64,000 nucleotides of DNA from Marsupella aquatica. Taxonomy: Eukaryota > Plantae > Marchantiophyta. The stretch's first letter is position 1. Each line of letters opens with the position of its first letter. Location: the NCBI GenBank assembly GCA_973895155.1, contig OZ316896.1, positions 5,213,925-5,277,924 on the forward strand, read 5' to 3'. Under the pieces are notes generated by a model. It did no database searches, was not told where the DNA came from, and saw only the letters and a program-made list of their open reading frames with translations. Shown piece after piece: positions 41,501 to 56,000 of this stretch. The position numbers and the translations under genes are program-made.

Positions 41501-44500
41501 CTCGTTTGTTCAACAAGTCACTAGCTGCAGTAAAAGTTATGAGTTTACATAACTGTTTATACTCTTTACAATGACGAAATAGCCCTTCAATTAGTGAATG
41601 GAGATCATCTTCAGCCGCAATAATTTAAGTTGATCGTTCTTGTTGGCTGGGATTTAAGCTTTTTTACGTATTAAGTGCAAATTTCGAGAAAAGAAAAGTA
41701 ACCATAGAAAAAGTCAGACGGACGACAGTTTCCGAGTGTGGGTCTACTGAGAGCTCGAGCCCTTTCCTGTACGTGGTCTCGGGAGAAGCTAGTCTCGGGA
41801 GAAGTAACGTCACAGTACCCAAAGTCAATATCTTGTAGTTGGGGGTCGATCATTGCTTCTTGCACGCTAAGCATATCGTCTCACGCTGCTTCTCTCACTA
41901 CTGTCGACTCTCACCTAGATTCTCTCTCTCTCTCACTCTCTCTCTCTATGTACGCATCTCTATGTATGCATCTCTCTATCGACCTCTGAGCTGTCTCTTT
42001 ACTGTTCAGTAAGGGTGGGTTACTTGTACTGGATCCCACTGAGGAATAGATGTAACCTTCGGCTAGATATAATTTGAACATCATGTTTCTGTTTTCTATA
42101 TCGATCCCGAATCTAGATCAGGGATCGAAATGGACCGATCGATCGAGAGGAAATCCGGTCTCGTAGAAGTTAATTTCATGCTTTGTTGGTCTCGATCTAT
42201 GAGCACACTTGCATGAACTACAGTTGAAATGCTTAGTAGCCACCAGCTCTGGCATGAACAGTTGATATATAAGAGGTTGACGATAGGAATGAAAGCATGT
42301 TCATACGTGTCTATTTCTGATAGACAGTACCAGACATCGCTACCTGCATCTATTCTTTCACCCTGGTTGATGATGGCTCGGGTTTGCGTGAGTTGAATTG
42401 CGTTCCGCCGCCCCAATAACCGGATTCTGTCTGATTTCTATGGTATGAGAAAAATGAATGAGAAGCAGGTTGTAAAGTAGAATGAATATGAATGCCTTCT
42501 GTCGAGAAGCTTCCATGATCTAACATTGAATCTGAAGTCCTATCAAACAATTCCTTTGAGCCCACAATTACTTAAAAAAACGTTAAAGTCAAGATGTTCT
42601 ATATAACAGTTTCATCGAGAGTACAAATTTGTCGTCACTTAGATCCAGTGTAATATCATGATCGATCGGCTCGCAAAGGTTGCTTTAATTTAATTTCCTG
42701 GGAGCTTAGCAATGCGAATTCAGTGGAGAGATTGAGCTACACCTAGTGCGTTTCACTATTTTCAGATATAAAATAAGACTTAAAGTTGTCTCAGTCATGT
42801 GTGCAACAAAAACCCAAAGACTTGATTTCTCGGTGACGGAAAGAATGTGACGATTCGATTCATCCATTCGTCATTTGATCCCATTTGTTGTGGTTAATCT
42901 ATAGCTTTTGTTAATTGAGCAGGATACCCCTTTTATAAGTAACCGTCAGGAAACTGAAGTGTTGGATCGATTTTGAGTCTCAGAGGCGTTTCAGCTCCCT
43001 GGTTCAAACAATGACATTCTTCTGGTAAGATCTTTCAATTCGTTGGTTGGTTTGGAACGTTCGACATTCTTTGTCCTCCATGTGTTCACAATTGAAACTG
43101 TCCTTTTTCTCTCTCTCGATCCGTATGTTCAGAGCTTGCGCTGGGATGTACTTTCTAATGATGTGCTTCTCTTAATTCTTACTTTCGTTTGTGCCCGTCC
43201 AAGTCTTTTTCTTTCATGAATGTTGCCGGTCCTTGTCACGAGAACTGAAGCGACCATAATCATAAAATAAGAGCATACAAATTCGTGGGGGTCCACAAAC
43301 GATAGAGAAAGGCGGAGATACACGAAAATGTTCTCAATGTCCTCCTGATTGCCAACAATCGTACAGAACTTGCTGTACTATAGATCTCTGAGTCCAATCG
43401 ATTGTCAATCACGCGTACTTGGACATTGGTACTGCCACAGAAGTACCACGGAAATTATAACAGTAAATTGCATCCTCGAAATTGTGTGGGCCACAATGTT
43501 TGCCTTTCCTTGGCCCATGTCTTGCCCTTTTCCCTGACAGTAGATCACATGCACAATGTCGTAGCAGACTCGCCGAGGAAATCATAATGAAACCATGGTA
43601 ATAGCATAGATCACCACATTGTAGGGTTCAACATATTGTAGGTGTCCCACAGTTAGCATTCGTTTGACCATGTCCATTTCATGAGCGCAATTTTACGGAT
43701 CAATGATCAATGATCAAAATTAATACTCATCTCTTAAAACTAAGCTACAACTGCCAAGCCGGCGAATTCTGAAAGCTGGGGATGGTCCCATGTATCTTAG
43801 GGAGTCGATCAAATCAAAAACAATTTTTGATTTGCCCATGAGAGAAAAGACAAAGTTTAGGTTGGCCCGTCTAACCTCAGAGGTGTTCGGGGTTACCCAG
43901 TTCCGATTTTCTATTTATCCCTTCGGATTGGGCCGCAAAGCTAGACGCCGTGCGTAAAGTGCGCCCCCGCAGTGACCCATTCGACCCATTGTATCGAAGA
44001 ATGGGATAAAATAATGTCCTGATCGATTGACAGTCCTTCAATCAGTATTTGCCACATCGTTCTTCAGTTCTAACGAGACACAACTTTAATTTCCAGCCTC
44101 TGCTTTTCCTCTTGCCCTGTCATAATGCACTGCATACTGGATATGAATCATTCCCGTTTATAGTGGACACGGTGTGTCTTCACTTAACCAAGAATTCAAG
44201 TAAGATTTAATGACTCCGGGTGATATATCATCATGATGGCGGATCTTTTGTGACGGCAAGCCTTGAATTCAAAGTATCTAGCATCCTAGACTCCGAAATT
44301 CAACATGATTCTATCATTGTTCCAGTTAGAATTGGTCCTATCAAATGTCACCACAGACTGATCAAGTTTTGTCGACATGGCACTTCCATGTAGGTTGGTG
44401 ACGGTGCAGAGATATGGAGGATAGTTACACAAGATTGTGGTCTATGCACAGGGAGACTTATCTACAGTACAAACTTTCCAGCTCTGACATATAGGACGAG

Positions 44501-44797
44501 ATTGAACTCTGGAAAATAAACTACTAGCGTGGAGAACAATCCGAATGTGTGATCCACCCCTTTCTCGCGCAGACAATTAATACTCCCAAATACCGAAGTA
44601 GTATCCATGGTGTGACTTTCCAGATTGACATGATTATAGAGTACTGCTGGGCCACATGTGGCTCAATTAAAGAGCAAGGGGCAGGGGGTGCAGTTAATAG
44701 AATGCTTGTTCGAAAAGGCCGCGTCAAGTATGTGGAGTGAGTACTCTTCGTTAATTACACATCTACGTTCAGATTGGGACATTAATAGTTTAGACAG

Positions 44798-44976
44798 CAC
44801 CTTAAATCTATGTCAGCTTTAGAACCAGAAAATAACAAATACACATGTTATTCAAGTCATGACATGTTCCTCAAGTGACTTGGTTTGTAGATCCACCTTA
44901 AATCTATGTCAGCTTTAGAACCAGAAAATAAACAAATATACATGTTATTCAAGTCATGACATGTTCCTCAAGGCAC
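44798..44976. repeat. ~97-bp tandem duplication; second copy interrupted by a MITE
   Basis: caccttaaatctatgtcagctttagaaccagaaaata..atgttcctcaag occurs twice. Confidence 0.9.
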
Positions 44977-44977
44977 A

Positions 44978-45258
44978 GAGGGATTCTATAATGCAAGCAA
45001 ACAGAAACTTTGTTAGCGGGGAGAGTATTGTTAGCGAGACACTTGTGGTTTTAAATTTATTTTGCTTTTTTCTGCCTTTTCTATTTTTTGTGTGTTTTTT
45101 ATGACTCCAGATGGCTAGCGAGATCTCTAGCAAAAAGAGGAGTCCCCAAAATGGATGTTATCGAGCAGTTTACTGATAGCGAGGCAATTGCATATAGAAA
45201 AATTAGGGGTCATCTGAGGAAATTTCTGCTGTTTCCTTGCACGCTACAATGACCCCTC
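44978..45258. mobile_element. 281-bp MITE with imperfect TIRs and ~8-bp TSD
   Basis: Left gagggattctataatgcaagcaaacag versus right reverse complement gaggggtcattgtagcgtgcaaggaaacag. TSD aaggcaca/aaggcact. The uninterrupted site is visible in the first tandem copy. Confidence 0.75.
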
Positions 45259-46893
45259 AAGGCACTTGGTTTGTAGATCATAAATATACTGTATTGATTT
45301 ATGCTTTGATGTACCGAGCATATTAAGTTGACATAGATTTAACACTAAGTTTAGACTGTGCTCATGGCCTTGAGACTCCCTAACTTATACCTTTTGACAA
45401 CGAGCATAGTACCCTATGCACCATCTCCATATCCCCTTCTGCATCATACTATAGTAATTGGACTTAAATGACAAGTACATTATTTTATTTGGTAAAATTC
45501 TCCCATAATTGGGTTTATCATGGTATGGAAAATACATTTAACCTGAGCTAGGAGTTTGTCACATAACATGGTCCAGAAATTCATCTAAGTAAGCAGACTA
45601 GATAAAGGCCCTTCTCAGCAAATTCTCTTTCATGCTTGGTGACATTTGTCATCCTGCCAAAAACCCAAAAACCTTAGAATGACTGTGAACCAGACAGAAC
45701 TACTACCATTTAATTTTTTAACCAAGCCTAGAGCCAAAGATGCAACTAGATAAGTGCACAGAACTGATCAGGTCTGTGACTCTGAGTTGGGGCTATTTTA
45801 TTAGTGTCAATGGCTGAAATAGCTTCACCGGCGGTAGTGGAAACATAGACACTGCACTGCATGCACACAATAGTGTTCGTGACAGGGGAAATTGCTGGTG
45901 ACAAAGCTGAAACTCCCCTTGCAAGTCAAAATATTGACAAATAGGGTGTACGTCCCTCCATAATATAATAATCTAGTTATTTTCTTTAAATCAGTGAGTG
46001 CACACTGTATATTATCACATTTTGATGTGTGATTACCAACAGGGCCTGCAAGACCATGCATATACCATGACCAAGAGCACCGAGTTCATATGATATGTGA
46101 CTCCGAGTAAGTTGGGCTTATATCAATGGCTGAAATTGTGTCATTAACGGCAGTGGCAGCCATATAAACCAGACCATGGATGTCCACATTATAGGTAGGT
46201 GACAGGGCCAGGAAAATGACCGGGTGAAGTGAAATGACCCTGCAAAGACCCTGGGCAAAGGGAACGAGAAATTATCAGTTGAAACAGCACGAGCAAATGG
46301 GCGAGCAAAACATAATTATATATTAGGGTTGTATCATATCCTACTTAATAACATAACAAAAGATGATACAAAGAGTAAACACTCAGAACACGACTCAGAA
46401 CTGAAGGCAACTGTCTTGGAGGGCTCATTATGAGTCTCCCATACTTCCCCACGCATAGTGAACTTTCTGTGAATCCTCAAATTTTTCCAAGTGAAAGTAG
46501 GTGGACTCGAACAAATCCCACTTTTGGGTGAGATGAATGTTGAAAGAGAGTTGCAACAGCAGGTTTTGAACCAGGGACTCACCCCACCTCAGGAACTTGC
46601 CCTAGCATTTGAACCATTCCTGCCTGGCTGTAATATACACTCTTGGTCCACTGCCTGCAAAAAGTTAACCATTATGAATTTTTCTAAGTGTCAAAGAAAT
46701 GAATGAACCCACTTTTGGGTGGGGTTTGTGTAAAAAATGATAGTGTTTTACCGTTGATTTTGGCCCCAGTTTGCTACTCTATGTGTAACCCAATGTTAGT
46801 TCCATGTCCAACCTCCTTCATCTCTTGTGTTTATATGAAATTAGAGTTGGACTATAACCATGGGCAACAGGTAGGGACCTCCCTAGCCACACA

Positions 46894-47167
46894 GGCTAGG
46901 ATTATGCATTAATATCCATTGATAGTCAATTGGGCTAAATTGAAATCTTTGTTCTTATTGAGCAGGCTCATTTCTGGGGTGGTGTGGCTAGGATTATGCA
47001 TTAATATCCATTGATAGTCAATTGGGCTAAATTGAAATCTTTGTTCTTATTGAGCAGGCTCATTTCTGGGGTGGTGTGGCTAGGATTATGCATTAATATC
47101 CATTGATAGTCAATTGGGCTAAATTGAAATCTTTGTTCTTATTGAGCAGGCTCATTTCTGGGGTGGT
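46894..47167. repeat. three essentially perfect 92-bp tandem copies
   Basis: ggctaggattatgcattaatatcc at 46894, 46986 and 47078. Confidence 0.97.
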
Positions 47168-47369
47168 TAGCTGAACTACGTTCAGCATATGTGATGGGGG
47201 CTCGAAAAAAACCCCGAAGATACTTTTGTCAAAAATACATAATATTGGACTGCAATACTGGATTTCCATATAGCTTCCCTTGTTCTAAAGAGATCAATAC
47301 CAAATCTAATGTATTATATGAGGTATATAGTATTTGTATTCAGGCAAGATCATGATGGCTTAAACCACA

Positions 47370-48060
47370 CTTGTCCCCGGTTTAACCTGACGGGCAAGTT
47401 GACGGCTTGCCGGGCACGTCAAATTGTCAAATGACGGCTCGAAAATGATCAATTTGACGGATATTCCACAATATTCTCCCGAACTCACCCGGACTCCCCC
47501 GGACCCTTCCCGGACTCCTCCCGAACTCACCCGGACCCTTCCCGGACTCCCCCAGACCCGAACCCGGACTCCCCCGGACCCCGGTTCGGGGTGGCAGCCA
47601 GCCGGGGCCGGGTCTGGGGTCGGGGCTGGGGGAAGGAGGGCGGGGTTTAGAGTCCCGGACTCCCCCGGACCCGAACCCGGACCCTTCCCGAACTCCCCCG
47701 AACTCCCCCGACCCTCCCCCGAACTCCCCCGAAACTCCCCCGACCCTCCCCCGAACTCCCCCGAAACTCCCCCGAAACACCCCCGACCCTCCCCCGAACT
47801 CCCCCGACCTACCCTGAACTCCCGGTCCCCCGAACCTTGCCCAAACTCCCCCGAACCCGGCCCAGACTCCCCCGAACCCGAACTCCCCCTCGCCTGAACT
47901 CCCCCGAACTCCCCCGACCTCCCCCAAACCTCGCCCGAACCCGGCCCGAATGTCTCCCGAACTTGTCCCGGCCCGGACTGCTCCCGAACCCGGGTGCCGG
48001 GTTGCCGATTTGCCGACGATTTTTGGCCAGTTTGACGGGCAAGGTCAAACCGGGCACCTG
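47370..48060. mobile_element. GC-rich non-autonomous element (hAT-like) with 19-bp imperfect TIRs and CCCGAACT subterminal repeats
   Basis: cttgtccccggtttaacct versus reverse complement caggtgcccggtttgacct (15/19 matches). Dozens of cccgaact/cccggac motifs. No TSD seen. Confidence 0.6.
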
Positions 48061-49074
48061 TCCCTATAAAGGGCTAGGGGTAACCCATATCTCTCATTGT
48101 GAAGAGCATAGGTTCAAGAATGGACTTTGAGCTTCACAAAAGGTATTTATTGATAATTTTTTTTTTGGCAAATATTACACAAAGGTGCTAGTGTTACACT
48201 TTTTTGGTGATGAGTGAGATATGGAATGAAACTTTTATAGTGGCAGGTGTGATTTAAGTAGGCACAGGAAAGAGAATAGAGAAGAAGTATTTGTATTTTG
48301 TGTTTATTTCATTCTTTTGTTATTTTTCATTTTTTTTGTCTTAAAAGCTAAATATATTTAGTATTCTTTTGTTGTGGCGGATGATCTGGTTGCATTCCAC
48401 TCATTTTTTCATTGTTGGCCTTTGTCCACTTGACCTATAATGTGTTTGGTCTTCGTGCATGGCTGGGACCTTGTTTTTTGAGTCTGGCCGTGTTACTCCT
48501 TGATGTACTGGGTATTTATTCCGATTCAATAAAGAGCTCACTTCAAGACAAAAAAAAGAAGACCTGTGAGCGTCGAGAAAAATAAGTGCAAGAGGACGAA
48601 ATGCATGAGAAATAAATGCTACGAGAAAAGAGCACAACACAAACATGAGATCCGTGACTCATATCGACGGCTTAAATCGTGCCACGGACAGTAGGAGGGC
48701 ACCCGGATGCACCGTACCGTCGACGTCCCCATTATACGGTCGATATCCACACGCGGGAAAGGGCGGGCGAGCGGGTGGGCAGACGGGCAGGGCAGGGTAG
48801 GGTAGGGCAGGGCAGGACGACGGTGGATCTCAGAAACGGACCGGTGATCCTGAGAATCAATCACACTTCTGACGTCAGACGGCGACGGTTGCGTTTCCGA
48901 GCAGCGTCGTCGTGTCGGTCGATCGCCGACACGCAGACGGAGTTCGGGCAGTGGGGGCACTCTCGGGCAGACGTCAGCAGAGAAGTAAGTACTCGGGATG
49001 CGATGCCACGTGGGATGCGCAGGCGCTGGGTACGGTTTTAAGGTCGATTTTTTTTTCCTTTTTTCCTTTTCCAC

Positions 49075-50030
49075 ATTGGCGAAAGCCACCTCTTATGTGA
49101 GACGATGCTTCTGTACAACTATAATTGCTTATATAGAGTCGGTTTCGTAGATTATTTCTGGGTCGTTGGATTTCATTAGATTTTAGAATAACCCTCAGAT
49201 TTTGGCTAATGGCGTCTATACAAGGTGTGGCAAAAGTCACCTTGTGTGAGGAGACGATGCTAGAACTATTGCTTACCTACAGTTGATTTTGTAGATGATT
49301 TCTTGACCGTTACATTTGGCTTGATTTCAAAAAAATTGTCAGATTGTGTCTATGCAAGGTTGTCATCTTGTGTGAGGAGGCGATGCTAGAACTATTGCTT
49401 ATCTACAGTAAATGTTGTAGATTATTTATTGATCGTTGGATTTCTCTTGATTTTAAAATAATGGTCAGATTGTGACTAATGGTGTCCATGCAAGGTGTTG
49501 TGAAAGTCATCTTGTGTGAGGAGACTATGCTAGAACTATTGCTTATCTAGAATTTGTAGATTATTTCTGGATCATTGGATTTCACTAGATTTTAGAACAA
49601 CCCTCAGATTCTGGCTAATGGCGTCTATACTAGGTATGGCAAAAGTCACATTGTGTGAGGAGACTATGCTAGAACAATTGCTTCTCTAGATTTTGTATAT
49701 TATTTATTTTTTGATTGTTGGATTTCACCAGATTTAAGAATAACCTTATGATTCTGGCTAATGGTGTCTATGCAAGGTATGGCAAAAGTCACCTTGTGTA
49801 AAGGAGACTATGAATATTGCTTATCGAAATTTTGCAGATTATTTCTTGATTGTTGGATTCACTAGATTTAAGAATAACTTAAGATTCTGGCTAATGGTGT
49901 CTATGCTTTATGGCAAAAGTCAACTTGTGTGAAGTAGAAGATGCTAGCAATATTACTTATGTTAGTTTTGTAGAATGATTGGTTTTGATAGTTGGATTTC
50001 ACTACATTTAGAAGTAACCTTAAGATTCAG
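49075..50030. repeat. ~130-150-bp degenerate tandem array, ~7 copies
   Basis: cttgtgtgaggagac.atgctagaactattgctta..gtagattattt..ttggatttcactagattt..ggctaatgg.gtctat repeated. Confidence 0.9.
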
Positions 50031-53000
50031 GCCCAACTCGCATGTGCAAGGTCCTTCAAAATGCGGCCCTCAACTGGAGTAGTGTGACAGAGACAGTATG
50101 TGTAACTATGGCCGAGACCTTTCTGGCAGCACCCCTTCATGCGCCAGACTTGGCAGGAGAGATTTTGCCCACATTCTTTGTCACTCTTAAGTCACTTGGC
50201 CCCACTTGAGATTGTGATATTGAATAATCTTATGGGTTTGATCACCCTCAGAACAGATTCACACACACCTTAATAAGGTGACAATGGAAATAAAGGGTTG
50301 CTGAATTGCAAAATGCACACATGTCATCACGTGGTTGGTGCTGTACATATTTATATAGAGTAATTTGGGGGGGTCATAAATGACCCAAACCTTTAATTGC
50401 ACGTCATGTATGGCCCTCCACATAGTGACCCCATTGATCGAGCCCACCCTCTCCTCACTATTTCCATGGTATGGTACCCTCCTCCGTTCTCAAAGTAGGT
50501 GCCCCATGGTGCCCTACCCCAATGGTGATGAAAGGAGTCAGATTCTTTGATGTAACTATCTCAGAGCAGTACACTTCTGCGATGTATTAACCAGGGTTAA
50601 GTCACCTAAGCAGTGACCAGAGAAAGGTGTCATTGTAGTAACTAGTCAAAAAAGGAGCAAGTCATCATATTTGACCAAAAAGGCGACAGCCTACTAAAAT
50701 CCAGTATGTGCTTTAGCTCCCAATCGAAGGCAAAAGTCCATTAACCCTAACAGTGAAAGGGGAGACAGTGGAATGTTGTACAAAGAAATTTAATTCATAA
50801 AGGGGAACAGCCAGGCTTGTTTGATTATAATTTAACTTGAACAATTAGCTACTAGCTACAGTACTTCACAACAACAGTGGCATGAAAATGTACCTCCCAA
50901 GAATCTTTTGTCAGATCTTACCTTTAGAGCTTGCACACTAGACAAAGTTCACATAGTTTTGAAATCCCTTGCTTTATTGATGTGTTTCTTGACCTGGTTA
51001 TTAGGTAGTTGACTCACTAGTAACTTTCAGGTATTGGTCTCATGGGTTTTCTTTGCAAGTACAAGGTGCCAGATGTACTATAAAAGCACCCCTTGGCAAA
51101 AACCAGTGAGTAACAAGTAACACAAATCCAAGGGGCCACAGACACAGAAATAGACTAAAATGCACACACACAGCACCCCAAGACGTCAGGTCGAGACCTT
51201 GGCTGGGAACGAATCCTAGTGAGCCACCACCCAATTGGCAGAAATGAATCCATAGATAAATTAGAGGACAACACTTGGAGGGACGCTCTCCCTAAAGATG
51301 AGTCACTGGTGAAATTGTGGTTGCCATTGGTTCCCATTCCCTGACTTGGCAGCTGATTGTGGGGTTTTTGACCGATTGTAGAAAAGTCTAAAAAATAGCT
51401 TGAAGATTTCAAACCAATATGGGAGGGTAAGGTAATTGGGACTGATATAACAACCTTATGGGCTTTTTGGCTCCCCTGATTGGGTTTTCTTGCCTATGGG
51501 ATCTTGTCTCCTGGTTGGGCCCTTTCATTTTGTACCCCATATAAGATAGCTGGGAGGGGTAGGAAATACACAATAGAGGGAGGGAGGGAGGAAGAAGGAC
51601 GACTGTCTGTAAAAGACGAAGAATATGCCTTACAAGAAGTGTATAAACTGTCTTTCCGTTGAATTCCATCACCCCTGTTTTCACATCAATCTCACCCTTT
51701 TTACAACAATTGGGGCACCAGGATGAAAAGGGGGATTGGAACTGCACTCATACGACCCTTCAAGCCTTTGTGATCAAACTGTCTTTGGTGAGGACCTGGT
51801 TTCTATAGACAGTCCAACGACTAGCAATGTCATTATCACAGCAGATGTGTGCAAAGAGAAGATTGAAATTGTGATATCATGAAACCAGCATGACTCCAAG
51901 TCACACAACTTTTTCTTTGTCTGGAAAGCAATCTTTATCTGTGAAAAAAATGCAAAGCACAAAGACCTGACAACACTTTAATGGAAAGGTCAGACTAGCC
52001 TGGGAAGGTCTAGTGAGGTAACCGAGGTTACAGTGCAACCCAAGAGAAATATGAAAAAGCTACTCTAGACTACTATAGTGCTACTAGGGTTCGAGCACCA
52101 AATAATGTAAATTTTTTTGGGCCCAGTACATATAAAAATGGAGGCTGCAAAAAACATGCGACCACTTCCGGGAAAAGGGAAGAAATTGAATTCCAGAGAT
52201 GATGGCCTGAAAAACTTTATATGGGGCAAAATGCCCCCGAAATGGTGTTTTCAGTTTTATATCTCCACATTACCAGAAAAAGTTGACTGAGAAAAGTTTT
52301 TGGCAGGGAAAATTTTTAATGGTAGCCCCCTAAAGAGAGATATTTGTTTGATGGGACCCCAAAATGAAAAGTGTTCCTTGGTAACAATTAAAAATCTAAA
52401 TCGTCTGAAGTCCGGAAGCAAGTTAAAATAACTTTTAGTCATCAAATACCACCAAATTAGGACTAGGGTACAAATGATTGCAGGTAGTTTCTCTATGACC
52501 GAGCTTTGCCACTGCCAAGTAAGGGACTGACAATAGAATTTAATCTTGGAGAGCTACAGCGCTTCTTCGCATGCGAAGCAGCTGAACGGCCACTGATTTC
52601 TCCCAAAAAAGAAAAAGAGAATCACTTACAAAGTAATACTCAAATAAATTTATGCTTATGCTCAATGTGGAAAGGTGAACAATATAACGTAGATGTACAA
52701 GGGGACGACGTCGAGGCTGGACTGAGCTGATCGAGAGGTGGGGGAGTTATGAATGATCTACAGGAGAGGGTACATCCTGGACAAAGATCTTGCATGTTCC
52801 AACTTTCATTAAGCAAGAATCGGGGATGAAGCGAATTGACGTGGAGGAAAAGAGTGAAACAGGAGGCGTACGTCCTGCTCAAGAAATCATGCGCAGATGA
52901 AGATTGCGTGACTTAAACGCTGGGAAACTGAGAATAATTGCCACTGTTCCTACGCAACATTAAATGTGAACCGAAGCTCGATGGATCACTTGCATTTATG

Positions 53001-56000
53001 AGGAAAATTCAGGATGTTTAAAAGGATGTATGGCAAGACCTGGGGCTCAAAGTCGCTGACCTTCCCATGATTCCAAAAAGAACCTGGCAGGGGGCTCCGT
53101 TCCTTTGCTGATTTATTATCATATGTACATATATGGTAATTCCCTCTGCTGCCATTCTAGCTGTTCCAACGATGATTGGAGTCGTGGGAGATTCTCTTTG
53201 ACATTGGAAATAAAAAAATAGAGCAATGAGTGCGGTTTGCAGATCGATCATGATACTGACACAGAATTATGGAAACAGTACAGACTGGTCATGTTGGTAA
53301 TCTATAGCCCCGTCCACAGCCCAGCTGGTAAGACGGGATCAAACAGCAACAGTGCTCCCCTTTCCCAACCTCCCAGCTGACAGATCGAATCGCTATAGTA
53401 GAAGTGGAGGTACGTTCAGCATGTTTTTGGAGAATTCACAGTCAGTGGACGTCTCTTGTCAACTGATCGACCATCCCATTTGACGTATGGCCTGTGGTTC
53501 CGCAAATTTCAAAAGTCTACAGTTGCTTTCGCTTTAATTCGGCAGCTGCTCCTAGAGCTGACAACAACGGGTCCCTCCAATTGAACCGAGTGACAGTCAC
53601 GTTCCGATTGGAACAACTCTCCTTTGAGATATATCCTTAGCTTATCGAGTGAACGTGAGCTGCTGCTGCAAATCGTCGTCTCGCCGATGGAGCATTTGAA
53701 CATTTTAAACGCAGCACGACAGTGAGATTGAATCTGCCCATGCATCACGGGTTATACTCTCGCTCTTTTCTTTCCCTGAAAATTCCTCTTTACTGCAATA
53801 AAGTGAAAGAACACATTCCGCATCATTGCAATAAAGTGAAAGAGCACACAGAACGGGTTACACATTTTCTAAGCTCATTCTGACACTCTCGTACAAAAAC
53901 CCTTGCAAGCGGAAGTTATGCATGAATATTCTGAAGCTCCTTCAATCGCATGCGGTATGCCAATTCTGTCCTAAGACGCTTTTACCAGGAGCGAGAAGTC
54001 AGATTCCAAAGTAGCATCCAGTTGATCACCGTAGCGATTCGATGCAATTCGGACGGTCATCTTCCTTCACAGAACATAATCATTTCCTGGCGCAGCAAAA
54101 ATAACTATCCTGCATCTAATCATTCTGGACCTGCCATGCCTCGGGACGGAGAGCAAACGCAGATCGCACTTGAGCATGATTCTAGGCCTGCCACTAGAGA
54201 GCAACACCAGCAGACAGTTGCATGCGCATCAGGCAAGTAAAATATGGAACCGTTCTGAACTTTTGTACAGCAAACAGTACATCCGACCTCTTAATATTGT
54301 CAGCAACTGGTCCAATCCATGCCATAGTCATATCTAATCAGCCCCAAATTAAATAGCTTTTCCAATGTCAAAGACGCTCTTGAGACACAAGTTTCCAACG
54401 AACTATGATCCACCAATTTTGATGCCTTATAGAGATTCTTCAACATCATTGCAAACTAAGCTCGGGGGGACCTGGGACTGCCAGCCAGAACTTCTAAGAG
54501 CTTGTCACGAATGTTGACAGCAATCGAACCTAATATATAAACCCCCTGAATGGTTGTTACGAATGTTGACAACAATCTAACTTAAATTATAAACCCTGAA
54601 TGCTGAGAAAGGGGTCAAACTTTGAGAGGTGATCCTCATGTGAAATCAAGTTTGGGGAGACCTAAGGAATCGACAATGGCTAGTTGGTTTTCTAGATCCT
54701 TGTCTTTGGCACTTGGATGTTCTTGGGGAGCCAAAAAGGGAACCTTGGGCATCATGTGTCCACATATATGGTGGTACTTACTTTTTAACCGTAGACCTTC
54801 CTGATACAACTTCCAGGGGTTTGTTTCAATAACTGCGTTACTTTGCACAGGAAGTAGAAACAGTTGTAGGGTTGGCCTTGCAAGCGGTGCACCAGGATAA
54901 CATTCTATATATAGGATGTCAACATATAGGGAAACACAACAATCCAAATGATAGCCAGAACTTACGGTCATAGACTTAACCTCGGACTTAACATAAATAT
55001 TTATTTAATGCTAATATTATAGAAGATGATGATGGTGAAATCGAACCATAAAATTTTGATGGCTCAATCTTTGGGTGGATGATCACTTGTGATTTTAGAG
55101 TCTTGGCCTTCGTATGAGTTTTTTCCCTCCCTATGTTTAGTCAAGATCATTAAGTGTGAAACTCGGGCTGGTTAAATGCAGTGCATGAATGCAACTATAC
55201 AGTAATTTGATCTGTAAGATGATGAACTTTTCCTTATCATCCGTCCTAAGTAATATAAATGACAATGAAAATGCAACATCTCCTTTAAACCGCCACTGTC
55301 CATATAAATATCACATGGGGACAAGTTCCGGTCAGGTTATTTTCTCCGGAGGTGCCCAGCAAAGGCCCTGCTCCTGCCTCCCAGCCAGAGCCTGTAGCGG
55401 TGTAGCCCCAGCCAGGCTCCGCAATTCAAGCGGAGCCAGTGGTCCGCCGAAAAGCCCCAGCCAGGGTCCACAATACAAGCTGGGTCAGAGGTCTGCCAAA
55501 AAAGCACGTTGGGACATCCCGTCAGTGAGTTTGCTCGCATGAATGCCAGTGCCATGGTTCGTGAGTGTGGTGGGCTGCTGCCATGTAGCCATGGAGGTTC
55601 GTGAGTGTGCTGGGCTTGAAAAGCAGTTGTATCCGATATGGGGGTTTCTGCTTGTGCTGGGCTGAAGGGGAATCGCCATGTTCTCTCAACTCCCAGAATG
55701 TCAATCGATCGCAAACGTGTTTACAGCCAGCAATTGTTAATGTCATGTACAAGTTTACACTTCGTATGACATCGATCACAAATTTGTCCAGCAAAACTCT
55801 ATTCTCAATAGCAAGACGGCGAAAAGGTTACATTGTTTTTTTTTGTCTCCCTGCTCTGCTGCGATCTTCCATTATATGTACAGATACCTGGAAAAGCAAA
55901 GTCTCCCTGTTTTGATTGACAATAACAACTATGTGAATAAGAGGCAATGGCTGATGCCAATAGCAGTATAACCGGAAGATGAAGGATGAACTCTGGCTGT

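Noticed and set aside
47424-47927. Pro-rich and Gly-rich ORFs (extensin- or GRP-like)
   Set aside because: They are artefacts of stop-free GC-rich repeats inside a TIR element, with non-ATG starts.
50590-50750. piggyBac-like ends (AGGGTTAA / TTAACCCT)
   Set aside because: Wrong relative orientation and no extended TIR.
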